This document shows, piece after piece, positions 10,208-21,297 of a DNA stretch of 35,799 nucleotides. The DNA comes from Malacoraja senta. Taxonomy: Eukaryota. How positions within the stretch are numbered: position 1 is the stretch's first letter; every line of letters begins with the position of its first letter. Where the stretch lies: NCBI GenBank assembly GCA_038087875.1, contig JAXLNO010000185.1:1-35799 (forward strand), read 5' to 3'. Below the pieces are notes generated by a model that was not told the DNA's origin, ran no database searches, and saw only the letters and a list, made by a program, of their open reading frames with translations. The position numbers and the translations under genes were made by a program.

Positions 10208-11307
10208 AGTTTAGTTGAGAGATACAGCCTGGAAATTGGCCCTTTGGCCCACTGAGTCCACGGCAACCTTCGATCACCTATATGCTAGTTCCATGTTATC
10301 ACCTAGGGGGCGCCGCATGATGGCAGCCTCTGCCTCCAGTCTGTTGTCTTTCTATCTTTTTTTAATTTTTAGTCTGTTGAAAGTATGATTTGGAGGATTT
10401 TTTTTTAGTATTTTATGTGGGGGAGGGTGGTAGGGTAATGGGGGAAACCATTTCCCAGTCACTTCCTGGCGAGGATGCGACTATTCACCGAGTCGCGTCC
10501 TCGCCCCCCTCCTCGCGGCCTACCAACTGGATTGGCGCGGCCTTTCCTGCCGGGGTCCGGACCAGAGCTTCAGCAGCGGCGGCGCAGCGCTGGATACATC
10601 GCGGAGCGGGCGATGCCTTACCTGGGATCGCCGTTTGAAGCTCCGGAGTGTTGGGCCTGCTGCATCAACATCGCGGAGCTGTGGTTTGCGGAGCTCCCAT
10701 CGCGGGCGGCGCTGACCAACATCGCGGAGTCCTGGGACCCTTTGCCGAGGGCCGCCAGCGTTGAATCTCCGCCCAACTCGGCCTGTGGACTTCGGGAGCC
10801 GCGGACTCCGGTAGGAAGTGGCTGATTCGGAGGTCCAAGCCGCTGAGGTTGTTCTTCCGTTCCGACGTCGGAGTTCCATCATCCCGGCGAGAGGGCCTGA
10901 ACATGCGGGGGGCTCGGGAGGCCCCGACCACGGGTGAACATCAAAGAACATCAAAGAGGAGGGTGACTGAACTATGGTGCCTTCCCTCACAGTGGGAAAT
11001 GTTGACACCGCTGTGTGGGGTTGTTTATGTTATAGGCTATCTGTGTTCTGTGTTCTTTTTTTTATTCGTATGGCTGTGTGGTGATAAAAGCATTTTGTTG
11101 TCTCTGTACTTGTACTCTGCACAATGACAATAAAGTTGAATCTAATGTAACCTAATCTAATCACACTTTCGCATCCAGGGACAATTTACAGAAACCAATT
11201 AGCCTACAAACCCGCACTTCGTTGGAATGTGGGAGGAAACTGGGGCACCTGGAGGAAACCCACGGGGTCACGGGGAGAATGTACAAACTCCTCACAGACA
11301 GCACCCG
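10208..11307 (-). mobile_element. HE1-like V-SINE split by the retroelement at 10303-11159
   Basis: SINE sequence gttatcac|actttcgcatcc rejoins across the insertion (compare the uninterrupted copy near 18571). Confidence 0.8.
10303..11159 (+). mobile_element. GC-rich non-coding retroelement, copy 2
   Basis: Starts ctagggggcgccgcatgatggcagcc and ends tgacAATAAAgttgaatctaatgtaacctaatcta; TSD ATCAC at 10298-10302 and 11160-11164. Confidence 0.75.
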
Positions 11308-11782
11308 AGGACCCCTTGGTGGTCTGATAATTGTGGGGAAGAAGCTGTTCCTGAAGCGGGTGATACAGCCATGATCACATTGAATGGCAATGCTGGCTCG
11401 AAGGGCCGAATGGCCTACTCCTGCACCTATTGTCTATTCTCTATTGTGCTTTCAAGCTTTTGTGTCTTCTGCCCGACAGGAGAAGGGAGAAGAGGGAATG
11501 ACCAGGGTGGAAATTTTTTTTTGGTGGGGCTTATTTAGGACTTTGATGAGAAGAAATGTTGTCACTGAGATGGCTCTTGAATGTGTCTTGTGGTAGGGAT
11601 TGTATTCCCTGAAACTCTAAACAACCAAGAGCGAATATGTTCACTTCTGGCCTTGTGATGTCCAAGAGATTATTGGTGAGATGGCTGGGCCCAAGACGCT
11701 GCTCTGAGGTACTCCGGCAGTGATATCTGCTGCCAAACAATGAAGATCTTCTCTCACTGATGGAGGAAGAGGGTTTGTTTTT

Positions 11783-12085
11783 GGCGGCACAGTGGGGCAG
11801 CGGCAGAGCTACTGCCTTACAGCGCCGGAAACCCGGGTTCGATCCTGACCACGGGTGCTTGTCTGTACGGAGTTTGTACGTTCTCCTCGTGAACTGCAGG
11901 GGTTTTCTCCGAGATCTTCGGTTTCCTCCCACATTCCAAAGACGTACAGGTTTGCAGGTTAATTGCCTTGATATGAATGTAAAATTGTCATCAGTGTGTG
12001 TGTAGGATAGCGTTAGTGAGGGGGGATCGCTGGCCGGTGTGGGCCGAAGGGCCTGTTTCCACGCTGTATCTCTAAAACTAAACTA
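11783..12085 (+). mobile_element. HE1-like V-SINE, full length
   Basis: A box, B box GGTTCGATCC, V-domain and (CTAAA)n tail. Confidence 0.9.
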
Positions 12086-12277
12086 ATCATGTTTGATAGA
12101 TGCAAAACGCTGGAGCAACCCAGTGGGTCAGGCAGCATCTCTGGACAAAATTAGCTAATGGTGTATAACTTCCAACGCGAGCCATATGAATAGTTTTTAA
12201 AGCTCGAAATGTAAAACGATAGAAGTGCAATTTCTGAGTCTCGCTCGGCCTAATTGTGATTGTGTTTTTCTCTCCAG

Positions 12278-12391
12278 ATTTTCCAACAGGTGGATTTTAC
12301 TAAGAAACCGGGGCGGATGAGTGTCCGGCCAATCAACTTTGCTGTGGTTCTGAAGCTGTCCACTGCAAATCTACAGGAAAAGGCTTACCGA
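12278..12391 (+). CDS. NOC2L: NOC2L internal coding exon (114 nt, phase 0/0)
   Basis: Acceptor tgtttttctctccAG, donor GTAAGT. Translates [38 protein letters not shown], which I recognise as the vertebrate NOC2L segment (human, from memory, [38 protein letters not shown]). Confidence 0.96.
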
Positions 12392-12474
12392 GTAAGTGGA
12401 AGGTGACTGATCGTCGATGAAGGAACAGAATGACCATTTAATGGGTAGAACACACAAAGTGCTGGGGTTCTGGC

Positions 12475-13018
12475 CAGAAATCCTATAGTGAGCAAGATAG
12501 TCCACTCCTGCTAAATCCAATGGGCTGATGTGTAGTAATTTCCAATGGGCTGTAGTGGGTAATTTCTTCGGCCATTTCAGTAACCCGACCCGACTTTGGT
12601 TATCCCTCTCGCAGTGTAATCAACGTTGCAGGGGAACAGTTTGTGTTAATAAATTATAATTCTGTTAATTTTCTTTTTTTAATGTTTACAAAAAAAATAT
12701 TATTTTTTCCCCTGGCGTCCCAGCCGTGCTGATCCGGTCCAGACTTCCCACACGCTGTGGAAGGAACATAGGCATCTTTTTGCTTTTTATTGTGAGGCAG
12801 AGAGGCAGAAAGAAAATGAGGAGAAGATTTTTACCAAAGGTCTTTGATTTTTACGAGGATGTTTCCGTAACCGGCTTCCGTCTCCACACTAGTATCTTTG
12901 CTATGGGATCTTTGGTGCGGAGACGGAAGCCGGTTACGGAAATGGGGCCAAAGATTTCCCATGACCGTACTATGTCTTTTTCGTCGAGTGGACTATCTTG
13001 CTCGCTATAGGATCTTTG
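12475..13018. mobile_element. Non-autonomous hAT-type MITE (544 bp)
   Basis: About 33-bp TIRs CAGAAATCCTATAGTGAGCAAGATAGTCCACTC and GAGTGGACTATCTTGCTCGCTATAGGATCTTTG; 8-bp TSD GTTCTGGC/GTCCTGGC (1 mismatch) at 12467-12474 and 13019-13026. Confidence 0.82.
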
Positions 13019-13059
13019 GTCCTGGCCTTCTCCCCATCACCCCTGACACTGTTGTATTG

Positions 13060-13395
13060 ATATGATCAAGAGTTTTATTGTCATGTGTCCCAGATAGGAC
13101 AATGAAATTCTTACTTGCTGCAGCACAACAGAATATGCAAACATAGTACAAAACCAAAGATAAGAGTTCAGTGTGTCTATAGACCATAGACCAGATATGC
13201 ACAATAAATAAACAGATATAATGCAATAATAATAATAATAGACTGTTATTGTTCAGAGCTTATTTGATGTCGTGTTTAATAGCCTGATGGCTGTTGGGAA
13301 GAAGCTGTCCCTGAACCTCACAGATTTCAGGCTCCTGTACCTTCTCCCCGATGGCAACGGTGAAATGAGTGTGTGGCCAGGATTGCTGGTGATCT
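13060..13395 (-). mobile_element. Rex1/Babar LINE 3' end
   Basis: Minus-strand PGHTLISPLPSGRRYRSLK...FRDSFFPTAIRLLN, the characteristic Rex1/Babar C-terminus, followed by a tgacaataaaactcttga tail. Confidence 0.85.
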
Positions 13396-13447
13396 GCCAA
13401 AGCGTGAGAAAGTGAACCTCCAATGACACCTGCATTCCAGGAAAAGG

Positions 13448-13645
13448 CACAGAGTGCTGGTGTAACTCAACGTGTCAGGCATCATATCGGGAGAACATGG
13501 ATAGGTGACATTTCAGATCGGGTCCCTTCTTCAGACTGATTGTAGGGACTCCTATCCACGTTCTCCAGAGATACTGCCAGGCTCGCTGAGTTACTCCACC
13601 ACCTTGGTTTTTTTTTTTGTAAACTATCTGCAGTTCTTTGTTTCT
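13448..13645. mobile_element. PLE terminal repeat pair, head to head, decayed
   Basis: A minus copy (..cccttcttcagactgat) followed by a plus copy (cctatccacgttctccagagatactgcc..). Confidence 0.7.
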
Positions 13646-13877
13646 GGAATGAAGTGAAGTTCATTGTGTTGAAGATACACTGATCACTGTTATTTCAACG
13701 CCGTATCTGTCGATCCTTGTATCCACATTTCCTGAATTCTAAGAGTTCACTTTCTCACTCGGACGATATATTAACTTCCAGGGTTGCTCCTGTTAAATAT
13801 AAATATTGCCCTATTAACTGACGCCAGCTCGACTGCTGCAGCTTGCACCATAGACTAATTTGAACCAGTGGCTTTGG

Positions 13878-14400
13878 GTGGCACAGTGGTGCAACGGTAG
13901 AGCTGCTGCCTTACAGCGCCAGAGACCCGGGTTGGATCCTGACGACCGGTGCTTGTCTGTACGGAGTTCGTGCGTTCTCCCCGTGACCCGTGTGAGTTTT
14001 CACCAGGATCTCTGGTTTCCTCCCACACTCCAATCAGTTGTGCTTATAGGACTTGATATTACAATCCCAACTATAATTGGCACCTTCTTACTATCTTGAG
14101 TGGGGGTAGGGGTAAAAACCTAATTGGGGTCATCAGGTGGGCACCCTCCTTCCTTGGTGTTTCGTTGATAGGCCAGAGGGCCCAACAGCAACACCTGGCG
14201 TCCCAGGTGCGCTCCCCTCTGTTTTACCCCTCTTGCTGGTCATTTTGCAGCCCAGTTGGAGTCCTTCCTCTTCTTGTTGGTTTGTTGGTTAATTGGATTG
14301 GTGTAATTGTAATTTGTCCCTAGTGTGCGTAGGGTAGTGTTAGTGTGCGGGGATCGCTGGTCGGCGCGGACTCCGTGCTGTATCTCTAAACTAAACTAAA
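13878..14400 (+). mobile_element. HE1-like V-SINE interrupted by about 245 bp of unrelated sequence (14034-14278)
   Basis: Head and V-domain run to cacactccaa; the SINE resumes at ggtttgttggttaattgg and continues to the (CTAAA)n tail. Confidence 0.8.
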
Positions 14401-14819
14401 AAACGAAACTTTACTTCAGATCCCATAGACCTAAGTGCAGCACAAGCTCCTGCTTTACACCACGGTGTCAGGCAGCCTCAGACAGTGGGACGCTTCAATT
14501 AATATTAGCACTTCTATAGGTTGCTGTTTGATTTATCTCATTCACGGGTGTTGAATAAGACTTTTGTTACAGATTTCTCCCGTTCAATTTATTTTCTTGT
14601 ATGTCTAAAACCTTTGACATGTGCAGCCAAATCAATTGGTGGCACTCTCTAAATAAACCCATTGCGAAGCATGAAATAGTCAAATGGAATCTTTTTTATC
14701 CCCGAGGATGAGCTGAACAACAGAGTGTTTGCTGTGATATTTGCATTTTCTTGTGATTTGCAGCATTCGGAGCTGAATGGTGTGAATAAATGCTTTATTC
14801 TATCACTGCTGCCTTACTT

Positions 14820-15112
14820 CAGTTCCGTGTAGAAATACAGCGTGGAAACAGGCCCTTCGGCCCACCGAGTCCACACCGACACCGATCACACGTACACTAG
14901 TTCAGTCCCACACACTAGGGACAATTTACAGAGGCCAATTAACCTACAAAACCTGCACGTCTTTGGAGTGTGGGAGGAAACTGGAGCTTCCCGGAGAAAA
15001 CCCACGTGGTCACAGTGAGAACGTACAAACTCCCTACAGACAGCACCCGTAGTTAGGATTGAACCTGAGTCTCTGGCGCTGTAAGGCAGCGAACCTACTG
15101 TGCCACTGTGCC
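14820..15112 (-). mobile_element. HE1-like V-SINE
   Basis: Complete reverse-strand SINE motif set. Confidence 0.88.
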
Positions 15113-15444
15113 CTATCTACTTATGTTGCCACCTTCAGTGAGCTATGAACTTGGACTCTAAGATCTCTTTGCACATCAGTGCTATTAAGGGTCTTGCCAT
15201 CATCCTTACATTGAGCCTCCCAAAGTGCAACGTCTTTCTGAAATAAGTGATAAATGTTTCACACACTGCAATTACTAAGGCACTAAATAATCTGTCGACT
15301 CTAGGAACTGCGGTGGCTGGGACTTTGAACAAAACACAAAGTGCTGGAGGAATTCAGCGGTCAGGCAGCATCTGTACAGGGAATGAACAGAGGACATCTT
15401 TGGTCGGGGAGCCTTCTTCAGGCACCGTCATTTGGTCAGGGGAT

Positions 15445-15692
15445 TAGTTTAGTTTAGGGATACAGCGCGGAAACAGGCCCTTCGGCCCACCGAGTCCTCA
15501 CCGACCAGCGATCCCCGCAGTGTAAACTATCCTACTGGGGACAATTTACATTTACACCAAGCCAATTAACCTACAAACCTGTACGTCTTTGGAGTGTGGG
15601 AGGAAACCAAAGATCTCGGAGAAAACCCACGTGGAGAACGCACAAACTCCAGCGCTGTTAAGCAGCAACTCTACTGCTGCGCCACTGTGGCC
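15445..15692 (-). mobile_element. HE1-like V-SINE with internal deletion
   Basis: (TTTAG)n tail and V-domain present; B-box region missing. Confidence 0.85.
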
Positions 15693-15767
15693 ACCCAAGA
15701 TTGATTTCAAAGCTCATATTTACGTGCTGGAATATTATGGCTAATGCTTTCAAACTTTGCGTTGCAG

Positions 15768-15869
15768 GATGGTTTGATCGAGCAGTTGTACGACCTGACC
15801 CTGGAGTACTTGCACACTCAGGCACACACGATCGGCTTCCCGGAGCTGGTGCTGCCTGTTACCATTCAG
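15768..15869 (+). CDS. NOC2L: NOC2L internal coding exon (102 nt, phase 0/0)
   Basis: Acceptor tttgcgttgcAG, donor GTACAA. Translates [34 protein letters not shown], including the Noc2-family FPEL motif, in frame with the previous exon. Confidence 0.96.
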
Positions 15870-16145
15870 GTACAAAGATGTTCATGAATATGTGGCGTTT
15901 AGTGTGGGTGGGGGATCAGGGGGCATGGTTTGTAATATTTACGTGAAGGGGTAGTCAGGCAAGTGTGTGCGTGTGTATGTGTATATGTTGGGTGTGGTAT
16001 CGTGTGTGTTTGGGGGGTATATAGTGTGCGTGCGTGTGGCTATATAGTATGAGTGTGCTTATGGAAAACTGCGTGACACACATGATCTGGTATCGTGTGC
16101 ATCGACTATTTCTACAACATTATAAAAGTGTTCGTACTCAAACTA

Positions 16146-16352
16146 CAGAGTTTGTACGTTCTTCCCGCAACCATATGAGTTTGTCCGGGCGCTCCGGTTT
16201 CCTCCCACATTCCAAAGCTGTGCAGGTTTGTAGATTAATTGGCTCTGGTAATATTGTTAATTGTCCTTAGTGCGTAGGACAGTGCAAGGGTACAGGTTGA
16301 TCGCTGGTCGGCACGGACCCAGAGGGCCGAAGGGCCTGTTTCTCCACCCTAA
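16146..16352 (+). mobile_element. HE1-like V-SINE, 5'-truncated
   Basis: V-domain and gggccgaagggcctgttt tail. Confidence 0.8.
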
Positions 16353-16479
16353 AGTCTGTGCCTGTGGTGTGCTGATGTGTGTTCTTGCAAAGTCCCATCT
16401 GCCTTTGAATCACAATCAGTCTTGGGCAAGCGGCAGCAGCTGGTCCCATTTAAAATATCTGATGAACAAGAGTGCTGGG

Positions 16480-16732
16480 TGGAGCTGTGATCAGGCAACT
16501 GAATCATCCTACCACAACCAGAGAGCGGTCCGGAACTACTATATACCTCACTGGTGACCCTCAGACTTTGCTGGCTTTACCTTGCACTAAACGTTATCCC
16601 CTTATTGTGTATCTATATACTGTAAATAGCTCGATTGTAATCATGTATTGTCTTTTGCTGGCTGGTTAGCACGCAGCCAAAGCTTTTCACTCTACCTCAG
16701 CACACGTGACAATCAACTCAACTCTACTGAAC
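16480..16732 (+). mobile_element. Rex1/Babar-type LINE 3' end
   Basis: AVIRQLN terminus, then a UTR ending ttttcact...cacgtgacaatcaactcaact. A similar 3' end occurs at about 34960-35142. Confidence 0.6.
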
Positions 16733-17219
16733 GGGAAGGTTCAGCAGTAGCGGATTCCACAACAAGCCACCCACCATCGTGTGGGAGAGAGCGAGGGGCT
16801 GGAACCAAAGCGCTTCCAGAACACATGGTGTGAGGCACAAGTGGTGTTAGCTACGTCAGGAGGGGAGTTGGGAGCCGAGTTTTCAGATTTTATATCACCA
16901 GCAAGGGAGCTTCTTGCATTTGTTTAAACACGGACAGAGATTTAAATCACAGAGCACAGACATGACCATGGCGCCAGTAAAATGATGCGCAGAAAGTTGC
17001 TGGCTAATTAGGTGTTAAATTCTAGAGCACAGTGTAGCTGATATGAATCATGGAAGCACCCATGGCAGTTGTTAATGGCAAGAGAAGGGATGGGAAGTGC
17101 AGAGAGTCTAACTGAAGCAGGTCTCTGCAAACGCGCAGCAAAGGCACAGTCTGCACTGGTCTTTGGGAGCAGGGTGTAGCATAGGGCAGGGAGAGTGCTG
17201 CTGTAGGCTTTTTGCACCT

Positions 17220-18450
17220 AGATCATAGAACAGAACAGCACAGGAACAGGCCCTTCGGCCGCAATGTCCGTGCTAAACATGATGCCCCGGTCAACCAATC
17301 TCCTCTGCCTGCACGTGATCCATATTCCTCCATAGAGTATACAGTGTGAAAACAGTCCCTTCAACCCAACTTGCCCACACCGGCAAATATCTTCCATCTA
17401 CACCAGTCCCACCTGCCTCCGTTTGGTCCATATCTCTCCAATCCTGTCCTATCCATGTACCTGTCTAACTGTTTCTTAAACGTTGTGTTAGTCCCTGCCT
17501 CAACGACCTCCTCTGGCAGCTTGTTCCATACACCCACCACCCTTTGTGTGAAAAAGTTACCCCTCAGATTCTTATTAAATCTTTTCCCCTTCACCTTAAA
17601 CCCATGTCCTCTGGTCCTCGATTCACCTCCTCTGGGCAAGAGACTCTGTGCTACCCGATCTATTCCTCTCATGATTTTATAAACCTCTCTAAGATCACCC
17701 CTTATCCTCCTGCGCTCCAGGGAATAGAGTCCCAGCCTTCTCAACCTCTCCCTATAGCTCAGACCCTTGAGTCCTGGCAACATCCTTGTATTCTCTGCAT
17801 ATCTATTTGCCCATCTAAAAGCCTCTTAAATGCCACTATCGTATCTGCCTCCACCACCACCACCATCTTCACCACCACCCCTGGCAGCGCGTTCCAGACA
17901 CAACTACCAAGTGTGAGGAACGTCACCCATCCCTTTTTTCCACAGATGCTGCCTGACCCGCTGAGTTCTTCCAGCACTTTATGTCTATCTTTGTTTTAAA
18001 CATTGTAATTGTTCCTGCCTCTACCTCTTCCTCTGGCAGCTGGAAAATAGACACAAAAATGCTGGGGTAACTCAGCGGGACAGGCAGCATCTCTGGAGAG
18101 AAGGAATGGGTGACGTTTCGGGTCGAGACTCTTCTTCAGACTTTGGCAACTCATTGCATAAACCCACCACCCTCTCTGCCGATAAACCTGCCCCTCAGGT
18201 CCTCTATAAACCTTTCCCCTATCTTCACCCGTGAACCGTTTCCTCCCACATTCCTCCCTCGAGTTTTAGACTCCCCGACGATGGGGAAAGAGACTGTGAC
18301 CATCCACCTTATGAATGCCGCTCGTTATTTTATAGACCTCTATAAGATCACCCCTCGGCCTCATTTGCTGCAGGTAAACAGTCCCAACCTATGCAATGTC
18401 TTCGCAATGCACAAGCCCTCCAATCCTGGCAATGTCATCGTGAATCTTTC
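17220..18450 (-). mobile_element. Cluster of nested CR1 3' fragments
   Basis: ORF 17361..17783 (-) encodes MLPGLKGLSYRERLRRLGLYSLERRR...FFTQRVVGVWNKLP and is nested in an older copy. A further fragment at about 18000-18450 is interrupted by a PLE unit. Confidence 0.85.
18042..18142 (-). mobile_element. Stand-alone ~100-nt PLE/hammerhead unit
   Basis: Reverse complement of the 9813-9900 unit; inserted in CR1 with an imperfect duplication ctctggcagct / ctttggcaact. Confidence 0.78.
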
Positions 18451-18498
18451 TTTCTCCATTGAACTAGAGACACTCATTCATGCCAGCAGTTTGGTAAA

Positions 18499-18806
18499 TT
18501 AGTTTAGTTTAGTTTAGAGATACAGCGCTTTGGCCCACCATGGCCGCCATCGATCACCAGTTCACTAGTTCTATGTTATCCCACTTTCACATCCTACACA
18601 CTCGGGGCAATTTACAGAGGCCAGTTAACCTATAAAAACCCGCACGTCTTTGGAATGTGGGAAGGAACCGGAACACCCGGAGGAAACCCACCACACGGTC
18701 ACAGGGAGAACGTGCAAACTCCACACGGACAGCACCTGAGGTCTGGATCGAACCTGGGTCCTTGGCGCTGTGAGGCAGCAGCTCTACCAACTGCGCCACT
18801 GTGCCG
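18499..18806 (-). mobile_element. HE1-like V-SINE
   Basis: (TTTAG)n tail, V-domain and tRNA head. Confidence 0.88.
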
Positions 18807-19255
18807 CCCCTTCTCTGCACCCTCTGCAAAGCCCTCCACGTCCTTCCGAAAGCATGGCACCTCGCAGCAGACACAAACCCCGCAGCAATGGTGGAACCAG
18901 TGCTGTGTGGATCCACTGTGATTTCCCTGACGGACGGCCATGTCGATCCCAGTTTGAGAAGTGTGTGGGATTGACGCAGGATCTACGTTTGGCTGCTCCT
19001 CCGTCTCTTTCTGCCAGATATTTTTTATGGCATGTTGCACCACACTTTGAAAAATTGCTACCACTTCCTGCACGAGGTGCCAGAATAAATGCTGATCATT
19101 AGTGCTTCATGCAGCACTTAACCCGTTTGATGGAGATTGTGAATTATTACCACATCAAAAGGCTCCTTGATTGCAGTGGTGGCGGTCTGACAGGCGGTGC
19201 GGCAGAAGCCTGCTGGACAATTGCCGGCGTGGTTACACCGGCTGTGACCAGGACT

Positions 19256-20250
19256 CACAAGTTACAGGTGTAGAATTGGGCCATTCGGCCCATCGAGTCC
19301 ACTCCGCCATTCAATCATGGCTGATCTCTGCCACCTAATCCCATTTTCCTGCCTTCTCCCCATAGCCTTTGACACCCGTTCTAATCAAGAACTTGTCTAT
19401 CTCTGCCTTAAAAAATATCCACTGACTTGGCCTCCACAGCCTTCTGTGGCAATGAGTTCCACTGATTAACTACCCTCTGTCTAAAGAAGTTCCCCTCACC
19501 TCCTTTTGAAAAGAGCGCCCTTTAATTCTGAGGCTATGACCTCGGATCCTAGACTCTCCCACCTGTGGAAACATCCTTTCCACATCCACTCTATCTATGC
19601 CTTTCATTATTCTGTAGGTTTCAATTAGGTCCCCGTTCGACCTTCTAAACTCCAGCGAATATTGGCCCAGTGCTGTCAAACGCTCTTCATATGCTCCCAC
19701 ACTCATTCCTGGAATCATGCTTGTAAACCTCCTCTGGACCCTCTCCAGAGCCAGCACATCCTTCCTCAGATATGGGGCCCAGATTTGCTCACAGTACTCC
19801 AAATTTGGCCTGACCAGCGCCTTATAGAGCCTCAACATTACATCTTCTGGGTCTGTTCTGTGTGTGACTTATCATGGCTTTTTGATCAAAGCAAGCCCCA
19901 TTTTCCCATTTTTGGCCCATATCCCTCAAAACCATTCCTATCAAAGTCTTTTAAATGTTGTTATAGTACCTGCCTCAACCACTTCCTCTGGCAGCTCGTT
20001 CCAAATACCCACCACCCTCTTTTTAAAAAAAGATGTCACCCAGTTTCCTATTAAATCTTTCCCCTCTCACGTTAAACCTGTGCCGTCTAGTTCTTGATTC
20101 CCTTACGCTGGAAAAATGTCTCTGCATTCGCTCTATCTGTTCCCCTCATGATCTTAGACACCTCTACAAGATCCTGCGCTCCAAGGAGTAACATTCTAGC
20201 CTGCCCAACCCCTCCCTGTAGCTCAGGCCCTCGAGTCCTGGCAAATCTTG
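19256..20250 (-). mobile_element. Two adjacent CR1 3' fragments (about 19256-19848 and 19890-20250)
   Basis: ORF 19470..19838 (-) encodes MLRLYKALVRPNLEYCEQIWAPYLRKD. Confidence 0.88.
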
Positions 20251-20372
20251 GCTGATACCTGGAGGAAGTGCTGCAACCTACAGGGCTACAGAGCAAGAGC
20301 TGGGAAGGGGGATCGATGTTTGGGTGACGCGCTGGCTCAACAGCCGGTTCCTCTGCCATAAATTCTCAGTCG

Positions 20373-20644
20373 TTAGAGATACAGCGTGGAAACAGGCACT
20401 TTGGCCAACAAGTCCACGCTGACCGACGATCCTCCCGTACACTAACACTATCCTACACATCAGGGGCAATATTTACAATCCCGTAAGTCTTTGGAATGTG
20501 GGAGGAAACCGGAGCGCCTGGAGAAAACCCACGCGGTCACAGGGGGAACACACAAAGTCCATGTAGACAGCATCCGTGGTCAGGAGCGAAGCCAGGTGTC
20601 GGGTGCTGTAAGGCAGCAATTCTACCTCTGCGCCACCGTGCCAC
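20373..20644 (-). mobile_element. HE1-like V-SINE
   Basis: Reverse-strand SINE motif set. Confidence 0.85.
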
Positions 20645-20892
20645 CTCCAAAATTCCTTCAATTAACCTGCTGTAAGGGTTGCCCTCTTATCAAAAATGTG
20701 GACGCCCATTGCTCAGCTTGTTGTGCGGGCGGGATGTTATCAGCTCTGTCCACCAGACTCTTCCACATACACAAGGTTCTGGAGTAACGCAGTCGGTCAG
20801 GCAGCATCGCGGGCGAACATGGTTAAGTGACGTTTCGGGTCGCGACCCTTCTGGGTCTGTTCCTCGTGACTTACTGTGGCTTTCCCCTGCAG

Positions 20893-21036
20893 ATGAAGAC
20901 CTTTCTCAAGGAGTGCAAAGTGGCCAATTACTGCAAGCAGATCAGACAACTGCTGGAGAAAGTGCAGGAGAACTCATCCTTCATCACCAAGAGGCGGCAG
21001 AAGGCCACGTTTGGCGTGGTGGATAAAGAGGCTGTG
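20893..21036 (+). CDS. NOC2L: NOC2L internal coding exon (144 nt, phase 0/0)
   Basis: Acceptor ctttcccctgcAG, donor GTAAGA. Translates [48 protein letters not shown] (contained in ORF 20827..21171). Confidence 0.96.
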
Positions 21037-21107
21037 GTAAGACTCGTGACTTCCCCAGACATTCTCCCGTCTCCGATCAGCGGTGGGGACCTTCAACTGG
21101 TGTTTAT

Positions 21108-21297
21108 AGACACAAGATGCTGGAGTAACTCAGCGGGACAGGCAGCATCACTGGAGAGAAGGAATGGGTGACGTTTCGGGTCGAGACTGAAATGTCACCC
21201 ATTCCCTCTCTCCAGAGATACGGCCTGTCCCGCTGAGTGCCCCAGCATTTTGTGTCTGTCTTCGGTGTAAACCAGCATCTGAAGTTCCGTCCTAGAC
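21108..21297. mobile_element. PLE terminal repeat pair, head to head (long hairpin)
   Basis: About 70-bp inverted arms at 21108-21177 and 21189-21257, followed by the PLE 3' extension ccagcatctgaagttcc. Confidence 0.82.
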
